From contig CAYSHM010000009.1 of NCBI GenBank assembly GCA_964430885.1, positions 38,703 through 102,702 of the forward strand: a DNA stretch of 64,000 nucleotides, read 5' to 3'. Origin of the DNA: an uncultured archaeon. GTDB taxonomy: Archaea; Thermoplasmatota; Penumbrarchaeia; JASLWR01. Both the position numbers and the translations under genes were made by a program. The notes beneath the pieces are model-generated. The model made no database searches and had not been told where the DNA came from. It saw nothing but the letters and a program-made list of their open reading frames with translations. This document shows, one piece after another, positions 1 through 9,463 of this stretch (the stretch's first letter is position 1; every line of letters begins with the position of its first letter).

Positions 1-521
1 ATGTCCTTCATTTGCGGGAAAAATTCCGTATCGCTGATATAACCGATGCTGCCGTCGTTTGACCTGAATATGAAACCTACACTAGTGGGGTCTGAGTGAA
101 CCGATTTTGTAGCTTCGATCAGAAGCTCCCCCACCTTGTATTTACTCTCGGCCTTGGCTTCCATGACCTTCAGGAGCTTTTTTCTATAGTAACTTGGGAT
201 CATAGGACCTGACCCGTTGATTCCTTTCAGAGTTGTAGGGCTAGCCAAAACCATACCGCTTTTTCTGGTGGAACCCTTGGTCATGGCCTCGCAAAGAATT
301 GCTGCGTCGTTTGAATGGTCTATATGGCAGTGTGATACCAGAACTGCATCCAGATTTATGGCATCGATATTTTCCTGATGAAGTCTTACCAAAGAACCGG
401 GCCCAGGATCGATCACGACTTCGGTATCATTATAAGATAGGTAGATGCCTCCTGTTGAGCGGGTCTGAAAAATGGTGGCGAATCGGCCGCCGCATGTACC
501 TAAAAATTTTATATAGACCAT
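1..521 (-). CDS. MBL-fold metallo-hydrolase (partial; runs off the window start)
   Basis: Not in the ORF track. Manual translation from ATG at 521: MVYIKFLGTCGGRF...VIDPGPGS...VLVSHCHIDHSND...SVHSD...YISDT, with HxHxDH and downstream H/D ligands. Confidence 0.88.
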   Translation of the reverse strand, partial: MVYIKFLGTCGGRFATIFQTRSTGGIYLSYNDTEVVIDPGPGSLVRLHQENIDAINLDAVLVSHCHIDHSNDAAILCEAMTKGSTRKSGMVLASPTTLKGINGSGPMIPSYYRKKLLKVMEAKAESKYKVGELLIEATKSVHSDPTSVGFIFRSNDGSIGYISDTEFFPQMKD

Positions 522-684
522 ATGGTGCAGTCTCCGTGTTGCGCGACCCCCTTAAACGTCAATTATTTGTTATTAAATCTTTGGCACAATTAACCGCAGG
601 AATAGAGGTATAGCCATACACACCATATTCTAACCTTGGGCAGATTTTTATTTTTTGATGTATATAGCATTGGAGAGGTATAGA

Positions 685-691
685 TTTATAA
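685..691 (+). promoter_or_regulatory. Candidate TATA box for the ATP synthase cluster
   Basis: TTTATAA in the divergent intergenic region, about 95 nt upstream of the first ATP synthase gene. Motif only. Confidence 0.3.
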
Positions 692-781
692 GGGTAGTCA
701 ACTAATCCACCATCGATTCATGAGCTATTCAGAATCAGATATGATCATTATCTTGTTTAACTATTACAATCCGAGGGGTAA

Positions 782-1117
782 TTGATGGTGCAGGGAGAAC
801 TAAAAAGGATAAAAAAGGCGGAAATAAAGGCAGAGGATAGGGTGGATGGTCTCAGAAAAAAGATCGAGATGGAGTTACCTGAATTAAAGGCCAAGTTGGT
901 CAAGGATAAGGAATTGGAACTGGATGAAAAACGCAGGGAGCTGATATCGCGCAACAGGATCAAGAAGAGGTCCATTGACCGTATGGCCGAGGATATTATC
1001 TCTTCCGGCAAGTCCGATTCAAAAAGGATTCAGGATAGAGTTCATAGAAATGTGGATGAGGTTAGCGAGTGGGTTTTCAGAAAACTGCTTTCCGACCTGG
1101 AAGATAATTCAGACTGA
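782..1117 (+). CDS. atpH: A/V-type ATP synthase subunit H/G (peripheral stalk)
   Basis: 111-aa charged helical protein (LKRIKKAEIKAE) immediately upstream of subunit I, the canonical position. Confidence 0.7.
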   Translation: MMVQGELKRIKKAEIKAEDRVDGLRKKIEMELPELKAKLVKDKELELDEKRRELISRNRIKKRSIDRMAEDIISSGKSDSKRIQDRVHRNVDEVSEWVFRKLLSDLEDNSD

Positions 1118-1190
1118 TTATTCCCTATAATATTTGGATCACTGAAATCAAACATACGGAGTTCAAAGTGAAAATGCGAGGAGTGGTAAA

Positions 1191-3212
1191 ATGCTTTTTC
1201 CCCGAAAGATGCTCAAAGCCAATATCATTGTTCATAAGAGCATTCTCTCTGGAGTGTTGGACTCTCTGGAGAAAACAGGGATAATGCAGATAGACCCCCT
1301 CGAGACTAATCTAGATGAAAAGACAAACAATGTTCTCAGGTCAATGGACCATCCTTTGGAATTAAAGGATCTGGCAGAGATGGAGATACGCCTGGAACGC
1401 TTATGTGATATATTCAACTGTTATTTCCCGGAAAAGACCAGTATGATGGATGATATAAGATCAGCCTCGAAACCCCTTAAAAGAATTGAACCTTTTGAAT
1501 TCCATGATCTGATTTCCAGAACCCAGCGTCACCTATCAGTTTGGGAGGATAAGGTTCTAGCCCTGAACCAAGGGTACCTGGAATGCACGGAGGAATTGAA
1601 GACTCTAGCCGAGCGTAAAAAACAGCTTGAACTGCTACTCCCAGTTGATATTTCCCTTGATCTATTGGCCGAGGGCCCTTATACTTTTGTAAAGGTTGGA
1701 ACCACACCTGATCCCTCTCATCTATATGAATCCATGAAGAATATAGCACTGGCCATCGTTAAGGTTTATCCAACCGGTCTTCCTGATACTCCCCATGTTG
1801 CAGTAGTTGCGGGTCTTCATGAAGTAATGGATGAGACAGTATCAGCACTGAGAGGGAAATTGTTCAACGAGCTTCAATTGAGGGATAATTCAGGTAGCCC
1901 GTCTCAATTAATAAAGGAAATTGAACGGTCTGAACTATCAGCCCATGCCTCCAGGGATGAGGCGTTGGAGGAGTTAAAGGGAATTCGCAACAAATACCTT
2001 AAAAAAACCCTTATCATGCTGGAATTGATCTCAGTTGAGAGAATGAAATTTGAAATGCATTCCAGTTTTGGAAAGACTGAACATACCATAGTGATATCCG
2101 GGTGGGTCGAGGAAAGGAAGCGCTCCGCATTGGAACGGATGCTCTCAAAATACAGGGAATTGTTCTTGGATCTTCAGGAACCTGACCTTAAGAAGGATAA
2201 TCCACCTTCCTCACTTGCACATTCTAAATATATCCGACCCTTCGAATCGCTGGTTACGGCATTCTCGCCTCCCAAATACAACGATCTTGATCCCACACCT
2301 TTTGTAGGGATGCTTTTCATTCTTTTTGCAGGTCTTATGCTGGGCGATGCAGGATACGGAGCTATGATACTTATAGCATCTTTTTGGCTTGGCAGCAAGG
2401 TCAAAAAAGGATTCATGGCCGATATGGCCTATATGGGGAAGCTCTTCGGATCTGTGACCCTGTTGATGGGCCTTTTCACCGGTTCGGTATTCGGTGATCT
2501 GATTCCCCGGTTATTCTACGGGGATCCTTTGAAACCGCTCTATACAATACCGGGTCTGGATTTCCTGCCCTACGATGCCCTTAGGAATCCCATGCCTCTT
2601 TTCCTATTCTCCCTGGGTGTGGGTATGGTAGCTATATACATGTCGGTTATTGTATCCTTTGTTACCCATGTGAAACAGGGTGATTATAGAAAGATGCTTT
2701 TCGAGGACATTGCCCTGCTGATGATGATACCCTCCCTTTCAGCACTTGCTGCTCAGCTCGTGGGAATGACCACGCTGCCTGACCTCATATTTCATCTGTC
2801 AGCAGCAGCCTTAATTTCCTCCATATTACTATTGGTTATAGCAAACAAGAGCATGCCCCTCTTAGCCCTTTTTGAGATAACCGGGTTTATAGGTGACCTC
2901 CTGTCATTTGCTAGGATCCTAGCCCTTGGACTGGCCACTGTGGCTTTGGCCATGACCTGGAACATAATGGCTGAACTTCTATTGCCTGATTGGGCGAACA
3001 TTGGTATGGGGATAATAAGAATAATACTGGTAATAGTGCTTCTTATAGCGCTGAACCTATTCAATTTTGCATTCCAAGCTTTGGGTGCATGCATCCATTC
3101 ATTAAGGCTCCAGTATATTGAGTTCTTCAACCGCTGTTATACAGGGGGCGGGAGGTTTTTCCAGCCCTTCAAGGCAGTGCGGATGTATACCACTCTAGAA
3201 AAGGATGAATAA
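1191..3212 (+). CDS. atpI: A/V-type ATP synthase subunit I (a)
   Basis: Soluble N-half; PKYNDLDPTP, GLMLGDAGYG, LSFARILALGLA (essential Arg) and HSLRLQYIEFF motifs. Confidence 0.96.
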   Translation: MLFPRKMLKANIIVHKSILSGVLDSLEKTGIMQIDPLETNLDEKTNNVLRSMDHPLELKDLAEMEIRLERLCDIFNCYFPEKTSMMDDIRSASKPLKRIEPFEFHDLISRTQRHLSVWEDKVLALNQGYLECTEELKTLAERKKQLELLLPVDISLDLLAEGPYTFVKVGTTPDPSHLYESMKNIALAIVKVYPTGLPDTPHVAVVAGLHEVMDETVSALRGKLFNELQLRDNSGSPSQLIKEIERSELSAHASRDEALEELKGIRNKYLKKTLIMLELISVERMKFEMHSSFGKTEHTIVISGWVEERKRSALERMLSKYRELFLDLQEPDLKKDNPPSSLAHSKYIRPFESLVTAFSPPKYNDLDPTPFVGMLFILFAGLMLGDAGYGAMILIASFWLGSKVKKGFMADMAYMGKLFGSVTLLMGLFTGSVFGDLIPRLFYGDPLKPLYTIPGLDFLPYDALRNPMPLFLFSLGVGMVAIYMSVIVSFVTHVKQGDYRKMLFEDIALLMMIPSLSALAAQLVGMTTLPDLIFHLSAAALISSILLLVIANKSMPLLALFEITGFIGDLLSFARILALGLATVALAMTWNIMAELLLPDWANIGMGIIRIILVIVLLIALNLFNFAFQALGACIHSLRLQYIEFFNRCYTGGGRFFQPFKAVRMYTTLEKDE

Positions 3213-3258
3213 CAAATATTGTAAGATACAGGTCAAACATTATAAAAATCGAGGTGAA

Positions 3259-4026
3259 ATGATGAAGAAATGGATGAGAAAATATCTCTTGGGTGCATGC
3301 ATGGTCGCTCTGGTATTCCTGCTTTTTTCAGGCTCGGCTATTGGAGAAGTGGATGCCGACGGAGATGGAATGGACGATGAATGGGAATCCAGTATAATAA
3401 GGGCGAACGGATTGAACATGACCGTTGCCCAGTTCAGCAAGGATGCGGACCCGGATAATGACGGCGCTACCAATATCGAGGAGTACGAGAAAAGGACCGA
3501 TCCCTATGATGGAACGGACTATCTGAAATCCACAAATTACGCTGCCAACGAGAAGGTCAATATTCTGATACTTCTGGGTGCTGCCTTATGTATTGGCATA
3601 CCCGGAATCCTTTCAGCCTTTGGTCTATATATCGCAGGAGTGTCTGCGGTAGGGATGACCACGGAACATACGGACAGGTTCGGAAAGGGGCTTATACTGC
3701 AGGCTCTTCCAATGACCCAGGGTGTTTACGGTCTGGTTTTCGCCATATTCATACTAATGGGTGCCGGTTTCATAGGAACACCTGATTCCAATCTGCTGGC
3801 CAATGTAAATGTAGGATGGGGCGCAGTTATGATCGGTGTTACAATATCCCTTACGGCAGTATCTGCCATACCCCAGGGATTGGTTGCTGGTGCAAGCGCC
3901 AGCGGAGTAGGCCGTAATCCTGATGTGTTCGGAAAGAGCGTGGTTTATTCAGTAATGCCGGAAACCATGGCAGTGTTCGGTTTCCTTATTGCACTTTTCA
4001 TGACCATGGGTGTTGGACTGCTTTAG
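3259..4026 (+). CDS. atpK: A/V-type ATP synthase subunit K (c), 4-TM type, with N-terminal signal peptide and DxDxDG domain
   Basis: FGKGLILQALPMTQGVYG, AIPQG and VMPETMAVFG match NtpK-type proteolipids. SD GAGGTGA at 3251 favours a start at 3259/3262 over 3205. Confidence 0.93.
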   Translation: MMKKWMRKYLLGACMVALVFLLFSGSAIGEVDADGDGMDDEWESSIIRANGLNMTVAQFSKDADPDNDGATNIEEYEKRTDPYDGTDYLKSTNYAANEKVNILILLGAALCIGIPGILSAFGLYIAGVSAVGMTTEHTDRFGKGLILQALPMTQGVYGLVFAIFILMGAGFIGTPDSNLLANVNVGWGAVMIGVTISLTAVSAIPQGLVAGASASGVGRNPDVFGKSVVYSVMPETMAVFGFLIALFMTMGVGLL

Positions 4027-4031
4027 TGGAT

Positions 4032-4115
4032 CAAAGGAATCCCTTCCGGAATATCATTTCAAAGCTGCCAAAAGTTCCTGCCAGGCCTTTGGAATGAATC
4101 CCAGAGGTTCCTTTG
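4032..4115 (+). other. Long nested stem-loop between atpK and atpE
   Basis: CAAAGGAATC pairs with GGTTCCTTTG (10 bp) and TCATTTCAAAG pairs with CTTTGGAATGA (11 bp); each stem has one G-U pair. Confidence 0.6.
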
Positions 4116-4166
4116 GCTAGCAGATAATCCATTGGTAGTCAATGAGCATGGTAAACCGAAATGAGA

Positions 4167-4175
4167 TTATATAAA
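4167..4175 (+). promoter_or_regulatory. Candidate internal TATA box upstream of atpE
   Basis: TTATATAAA preceded by purine-rich sequence, 30 nt before ATG 4197. Confidence 0.4.
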
Positions 4176-4196
4176 TCCAACAATATGGGTGGTAAA

Positions 4197-4772
4197 ATGT
4201 CGCTTGAGAATATAATTGAGAAGATCAATAGCAAGAGGGACGAGGAAATCAGAGAACTGAAGAATAAAAGAGAGAGAGAGATTTCAGTTTTTTCAGAGGA
4301 GTTGGAGGAAAAGGCGGAAAAAGACTTGATGAATCTGATTCAGGAATATGATGGAGATATAGAGATATTTAAGAACCTCAGGATATCCCAGGCAAAAAGG
4401 CAGGTCAAGCAGAGTGACCTTGAAACCAAGGAGAAACTCATCAATGAAACCCTTGAAAAGGTCAGGAAGGATCTAGAAGAGTTCAAGGGACCGAGATATG
4501 AGAGTATACTGAAAAAGCTGGTAAAGGAGGGGAAAGAGATACTGGATACCCATTGCATCCTTATCCCGTCAAGAAAGGAGGATATTCCTTTCCTTGAATC
4601 CCTTGATGCCGGCAGCGTATCAAATGAGATAATCCATGGGTCAGGTGGATTGATAATGGTGTCTCTTGAAGGTGACCTCAAGCTTAACCGAACCTTCGAT
4701 TTCTTCATGGAGAAAAAGAGGGATGAGCTCAGGCATATGATCGCACATGAGCTCTTTAAAAATGATGTATAA
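4197..4772 (+). CDS. atpE: A/V-type ATP synthase subunit E
   Basis: MSLENIIEKI start, long charged helix, GSGGLIMVS..G...LNRTFD motif, position after K. Confidence 0.9.
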   Translation: MSLENIIEKINSKRDEEIRELKNKREREISVFSEELEEKAEKDLMNLIQEYDGDIEIFKNLRISQAKRQVKQSDLETKEKLINETLEKVRKDLEEFKGPRYESILKKLVKEGKEILDTHCILIPSRKEDIPFLESLDAGSVSNEIIHGSGGLIMVSLEGDLKLNRTFDFFMEKKRDELRHMIAHELFKNDV

Positions 4773-4867
4773 ATGATGTCGGATCTATTCTGGATCAATA
4801 TTGAAAGTAAAGAGGATTTATTGAATTATTTCATGGGAATAACCCGATAAAAAGAGAGTGACAGGAT

Positions 4868-6043
4868 ATGTGGATTGATACAATAGCCAGCTATGATATG
4901 ACCACCATAATACTTATAGGGGTACTTGCAGTGGTGTTTCTGGCTACCATCATTTATCTTGCCGCAAAGGTGCCTCTAGTCTGGACAATTGCCCGGTTCG
5001 GTTATTCCAATGCGATATATAATTCAAGGATAAACCGGTTTGTCCAGAAGATATATCTATTGGGTCTCCTTGAAACAGCTGACATATCCGAAGCTTCAAA
5101 TTATATATCATCGGTCAACAGCAGGGATTTTCCGGTCAAATCGGCGGATTCTCCGGAAGATATCGAAAGGCTGCTAGTTGAAAAACTTCATCAGAGATAT
5201 TCGGAAGCTGTTGCCCTCTGCCCTAAATCCCTCAAATCGGTTCTGGATGCAAATCTCATCAAGTATGAGAATCAGGCTTTGAAATCCATATTCACCTCGT
5301 ATTTCAAAGCTCAGGATAAAGAGGGAGGAACCCGTGCTTCCCATTATGAAAAGGTACCGCCCATAGGGAATCTATCTGAGGGAGTTATCAAGGATATGCT
5401 TAACGCTGAAACATTGAAGGATCTAATAGATCTCATACCCCGGGAGGATATTAGAGAACAATTAAATAACCGTAAACCAGAGCATTTTCATGATGCTGAG
5501 ATGATTCTCGATAATTATTACCTTAATAATCTAACTGTGAGAATTAAAAAGGCCCCTTCGCCCCTGAGAAAGGAACTGACCGATCTTCAAATGGTCAACG
5601 TGGACCTTCATAATATGAGAGCCTTGATGAGAATGGTCAGAACCTCAGTTGACCCAAAATACCGGAAAAAGATTTATTCATTTCATCTAGGTAAGAATCT
5701 TGGCCGGACTACAATTGACCAACTAATTAATGCAGAGGATATGGCGAATTTCATAGAGGCACTCAAGGATACCCCATACGGTCCCATGTTCAGAAGTGTT
5801 TACTCCGAATTCCAGAAGGACCGCAGAACCTCTGTATTTGAACTGGAACTTGACCGATTCTGGATAAAATATATCGAAAATTTTGCATTAAGGACCAACA
5901 CCACGGTAGGCCCCATTATCAGGTATCTTCTCGAACTCGAATATGAGGTCAGGAACATAAATTCAGTATTGAAAGGATTGGAACTTCCAGGGGGCAAGGA
6001 ATTGGCTAGACAGGTAATTATCTGTTCGGAGGGTGATCTATGA
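4868..6043 (+). CDS. atpC: A/V-type ATP synthase subunit C (d), with N-terminal TM helix
   Basis: FGYSNA, LKDTPYG, ELELDRFW and LEYEVRNI motifs; operon position. Confidence 0.88.
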   Translation: MWIDTIASYDMTTIILIGVLAVVFLATIIYLAAKVPLVWTIARFGYSNAIYNSRINRFVQKIYLLGLLETADISEASNYISSVNSRDFPVKSADSPEDIERLLVEKLHQRYSEAVALCPKSLKSVLDANLIKYENQALKSIFTSYFKAQDKEGGTRASHYEKVPPIGNLSEGVIKDMLNAETLKDLIDLIPREDIREQLNNRKPEHFHDAEMILDNYYLNNLTVRIKKAPSPLRKELTDLQMVNVDLHNMRALMRMVRTSVDPKYRKKIYSFHLGKNLGRTTIDQLINAEDMANFIEALKDTPYGPMFRSVYSEFQKDRRTSVFELELDRFWIKYIENFALRTNTTVGPIIRYLLELEYEVRNINSVLKGLELPGGKELARQVIICSEGDL

Positions 6044-6384
6044 ACATAGGGGTTATTGGCGATCGTCATACCGTGGAGGCTTTTCGTCTGATAGGCGTCA
6101 GCAGAGGCTGTATTTTGAGAGACCCTGGGGATGATGCAGCCGTGAAGGCATTGGGCGGTAGGTTTGATGAACTGACCAAAGAAGGAGCTGTAGCTGTAAT
6201 ATTGATAACTGAAACGGCACGCAGGCTAATATCTGAAAGGATCGATTACTATTCAAAATTCAAACCTCTTTTCCCATTGATAATTTCCATCCCAGACATA
6301 TCCGGCGAGGATACCGAAGTTGATCATCTGTCCAGACTTATAGAAAGAGCAGTGGGTATCAGCCTCGAAAATGTGGATCAATAA
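6040..6384 (+). CDS. atpF: A/V-type ATP synthase subunit F
   Basis: IGVIGDRHTVEAFRLIGV, PLIISIP and LIERAVGI motifs; ATGA overlap with atpC. Confidence 0.93.
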   Translation: MNIGVIGDRHTVEAFRLIGVSRGCILRDPGDDAAVKALGGRFDELTKEGAVAVILITETARRLISERIDYYSKFKPLFPLIISIPDISGEDTEVDHLSRLIERAVGISLENVDQ

Positions 6385-6390
6385 GGATGA

Positions 6391-7905
6391 TCAAGATCTG
6401 CTTCCTTTCAGGTATTTCACCAAGGCAATGACGATCACAAGGCACATCAATGAACTGATTATTCCTATTCTCAATATCAGTCCTCTTCCGATTTCTTGAT
6501 CGGGATTACCTATATTGTTCTCATCAGTGTTGTTATCCTCTGCTTCCAATCCCAGTTCTATCGACCTCATGTCCGTGTTCACCCAGTTTTCACCCTGGGA
6601 ATTGATGCTGAATCGGTAGTATAGCTTATCCCTATCCTTCGGAATCAGAACGGTCCTTGAATATGATCTTGTTCCATTCAGGGATAGATTTACATGAGGG
6701 CCGGAATCAAACCAATATTCCAGATGTACATTGATATTCTGGGGACGATCCCCTGTTGAATTGGCGATGCCTATCCTGAATGTCAGGTTTTCTCCGTGAT
6801 CAGCTTTTATGGGGGTAAGGTCGAAAAGCGAAAGATCTAGAACAGGGTCTATAAGATCCAACATATCCATTATCACGTCAACGCTGTAATGGTCTGAACC
6901 TGTATCAGCTGATGGAGTGTCCCCGGCAGTGGAAGATATCAGTCGGTCCTCCAGTACGGAGTTAATAATTATGAAATCTATCCTGGAAATGAAATCAGGA
7001 TTCTTATGCCCGTAGGTGAATCCGTAATTATCAGGGTTTAGGTACCGGTAAACGTCAGTGAAGTAATGAACCTCAGATGAGTACTGGCCATAGTATGAAT
7101 CTCCTGGCTGAACGATCATGGTCATTGGTCCGTAACCCAAACCTTCTTCCGGTTCGGGCATATCCTCATCCTCCGGGGAGTAGCAGTTCAGATCACCCAG
7201 AAGCATAATTGGTACATCCCCCAGTCCATCCATGAAATTGATTATACCCTCCATCTCCCATTCCCTCTGCCATTCATTCCAGTATCCCGACATGGCCTTA
7301 AGATGAACACCTAAGAGATGGATCTCCATATTATTTATCTCAACAGCACAGTGCATGAAGGAGTGCATCATATCATAGGAACTTCCGTCATCCAGTTTGA
7401 CCACCGATACCTGCTCGAAATAGGTTATTGGAAATCTCGAAAGAACCGCTGAACCGCCTGATGAATAATCAACGCCTTGAACACAGCGGGATTCATAGGG
7501 ATCTTCCCTGTAGAAATGATCATTGAAATGTGAGGTATAGCTCTCAAGTTCCTCATTGTCATTGTTGTCCCAATCCCCCGTTTCGATACATACCAGGATA
7601 TCGGGATTCTCTTCCTTTACAACATCCTTCCAGGTGGGGTCCCATCCGCTGTCTCCGATGTTGTAGGTCATGATCTTGACCTCGTTGTCAACAACACCAT
7701 TCCGTTCTGAAACTTGGCCAGTCAAATCGATTTTTTCCTTTTTCGATAGAACAACTGAATTATTGTGATAGTTAACACCAGAATTAAAAATAAGCATGAG
7801 TATCAAAGCTGTAAACAACGAAGGCAGGATCACAGCACCTAGATTCTTCCGACCTCGTCGGTGAGATATAACCATAACATGTCTAGAGGAGCGGAAAGGC
7901 ATCAT
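6391..7905 (-). CDS. Secreted, membrane-anchored endonuclease/exonuclease/phosphatase (EEP) family protein
   Basis: MTYNI, PDILVCIE, HLKA, LLGDLN, RIDFII and SDHY catalytic motifs; N-terminal hydrophobic segment; C-terminal TM followed by basic residues. Confidence 0.87.
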   Translation of the reverse strand: MMPFRSSRHVMVISHRRGRKNLGAVILPSLFTALILMLIFNSGVNYHNNSVVLSKKEKIDLTGQVSERNGVVDNEVKIMTYNIGDSGWDPTWKDVVKEENPDILVCIETGDWDNNDNEELESYTSHFNDHFYREDPYESRCVQGVDYSSGGSAVLSRFPITYFEQVSVVKLDDGSSYDMMHSFMHCAVEINNMEIHLLGVHLKAMSGYWNEWQREWEMEGIINFMDGLGDVPIMLLGDLNCYSPEDEDMPEPEEGLGYGPMTMIVQPGDSYYGQYSSEVHYFTDVYRYLNPDNYGFTYGHKNPDFISRIDFIIINSVLEDRLISSTAGDTPSADTGSDHYSVDVIMDMLDLIDPVLDLSLFDLTPIKADHGENLTFRIGIANSTGDRPQNINVHLEYWFDSGPHVNLSLNGTRSYSRTVLIPKDRDKLYYRFSINSQGENWVNTDMRSIELGLEAEDNNTDENNIGNPDQEIGRGLILRIGIISSLMCLVIVIALVKYLKGSRS

Positions 7906-8075
7906 ACCAATAGTTGTAGAGAGTAGGGCTTATATTTACCAGTATAGCTGCCAGTTTATCAAAAAAAACCACTTTGTGAAATTCTTCTGTCATGTGAGAG
8001 ACCTAAGAAGAAAAATGAGAAATTCCTAGGAAACCATATTATATATATTTCACGTTCAGGCCCTTTGGTGATAGC

Positions 8076-9326
8076 GTGGTGGTAAACCTAGACCGACTGT
8101 ACTCCGACAGGGTAAGAAACCTAAAAGCCTCTGATATCAGGGAACTTCTCAAGCTCACAGATATTCCCGGAATGATATCTTTGGCCGGAGGTCTGCCGAA
8201 TCCCAAGGCCTTTCCCGTGGAGATCATCAGTGAGTGTCTGGACAAGGTTTTCAAGAATGACATTCATTCCGCCTTACAGTACGGTGCCTCGGAGGGTTAT
8301 CCCAAATTAAGAAAAGTTCTTGCCGAAAGGATGATATCCAAGAAGAAGGTCCAGTGCTGCAAAGATGATGTACTAATAACAAATGGAAGCCAGCAGGTGC
8401 TGCATCTTCTCTCCCTCATTCTCCTGAACAAGGGCGACACCTTCATAGCAGGCTCTCCGACCTACTTGGCCGCTATACAGGTCTTCCATTCCTTCGGGGC
8501 CAAATGCGAACCTATACCCGTAGAGGAGGACGGCATGGACCTTGATTCTCTGAGAAGGAATATACGCCGGCTTTACAGACTTGATATCCACCCCAAGTTC
8601 ATCTACACGGTTCCTACCTTCCAGAATCCTTCAGGGGTTACCATGTCCGCCGAGAAGAGAAAGGCTCTTTTAGATCTTGCATCAGAGTACGATCTGCTTA
8701 TAATCGAGGATGATCCATACGGCGAACTGAGATTTGAAGGCGATCTTGCACCGCCCATCAAATCCCTTGACAAGGTGGGGCGAGTTGTTTACATGAGCAC
8801 ATTCTCCAAGATCCTCGCACCGGGATTCCGGCTTGGCTGGACCGTGGCTCACAAGGATATCCTCAACAAGCTGGTCCTTACTAAACAGGGTGCCGACCTA
8901 TGCACAAACACCTTCAGCCAATACGTGGCCCACGAATACATTGCAGGAGGGTACCTTGACAAGCACATCGAGAACATCAGGGACATGTACAAACGAAAAC
9001 GGGATGTCATGCTGGAAGCTCTGGAAGAACATTTCCCCGAGGACGTCACATGGACCCGTCCCAATGGAGGGATGTTCCTGTGGGTAACACTTCCCAAGCA
9101 TATCAACGCCCGTAACATGTTCAGCAAGGCCTTGAAGAAAAAGGTCGCTTTCGTTGTGGGCGACACATTTTTCCCGGACGGCAGCGGGACCAATACAATG
9201 AGGCTTAACTTCTCATTTTCTTCAGACGAGATAATAAAGGAAGGAGTTAAGAGACTTTCTGAGGTAATCAAGGAAGAGATTGAGCAGTCCGACGAGATGA
9301 TGGAACCCTTGGCCGAAGGGGTTTAG
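8076..9326 (+). CDS. PLP-dependent class I/II aminotransferase (LysN/aromatic type)
   Basis: ISLAGGLP, FQNPSG, EDDPYGEL, STFSKILAPGFRLGW and RLNFS. Confidence 0.93.
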   Translation: MVVNLDRLYSDRVRNLKASDIRELLKLTDIPGMISLAGGLPNPKAFPVEIISECLDKVFKNDIHSALQYGASEGYPKLRKVLAERMISKKKVQCCKDDVLITNGSQQVLHLLSLILLNKGDTFIAGSPTYLAAIQVFHSFGAKCEPIPVEEDGMDLDSLRRNIRRLYRLDIHPKFIYTVPTFQNPSGVTMSAEKRKALLDLASEYDLLIIEDDPYGELRFEGDLAPPIKSLDKVGRVVYMSTFSKILAPGFRLGWTVAHKDILNKLVLTKQGADLCTNTFSQYVAHEYIAGGYLDKHIENIRDMYKRKRDVMLEALEEHFPEDVTWTRPNGGMFLWVTLPKHINARNMFSKALKKKVAFVVGDTFFPDGSGTNTMRLNFSFSSDEIIKEGVKRLSEVIKEEIEQSDEMMEPLAEGV

Positions 9327-9463
9327 GATCGGACATCTGATTTTCGGTTAGTTCTTTTTACATTACCGAATTTAGATATTCTTCATTTTTCAGGTTTCTG
9401 GCAAATTATATATACGCATACTCCAATAGTTCATTTGCTATTCGTTATTTTAGAGGTGTGTAT

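Noticed and set aside
299-613. 104-aa + strand ORF
   Set aside because: Antisense shadow of the MBL hydrolase on the minus strand.
3205-3258. Longer atpK start overlapping atpI
   Set aside because: Strong SD at 3251 and the signal-peptide n-region favour 3259/3262.
4024-4164. Pyrrolysine readthrough of the atpK TAG with a PYLIS-like hairpin
   Set aside because: The protein already ends at the normal c-subunit terminus, the extension is unrecognisable, and no pyl genes are seen.
4868-4990. N-terminal TM on subunit C as a novelty
   Set aside because: Similar hydrophobic N-termini are recalled in Methanobacteriales and Thermococcales AtpC.
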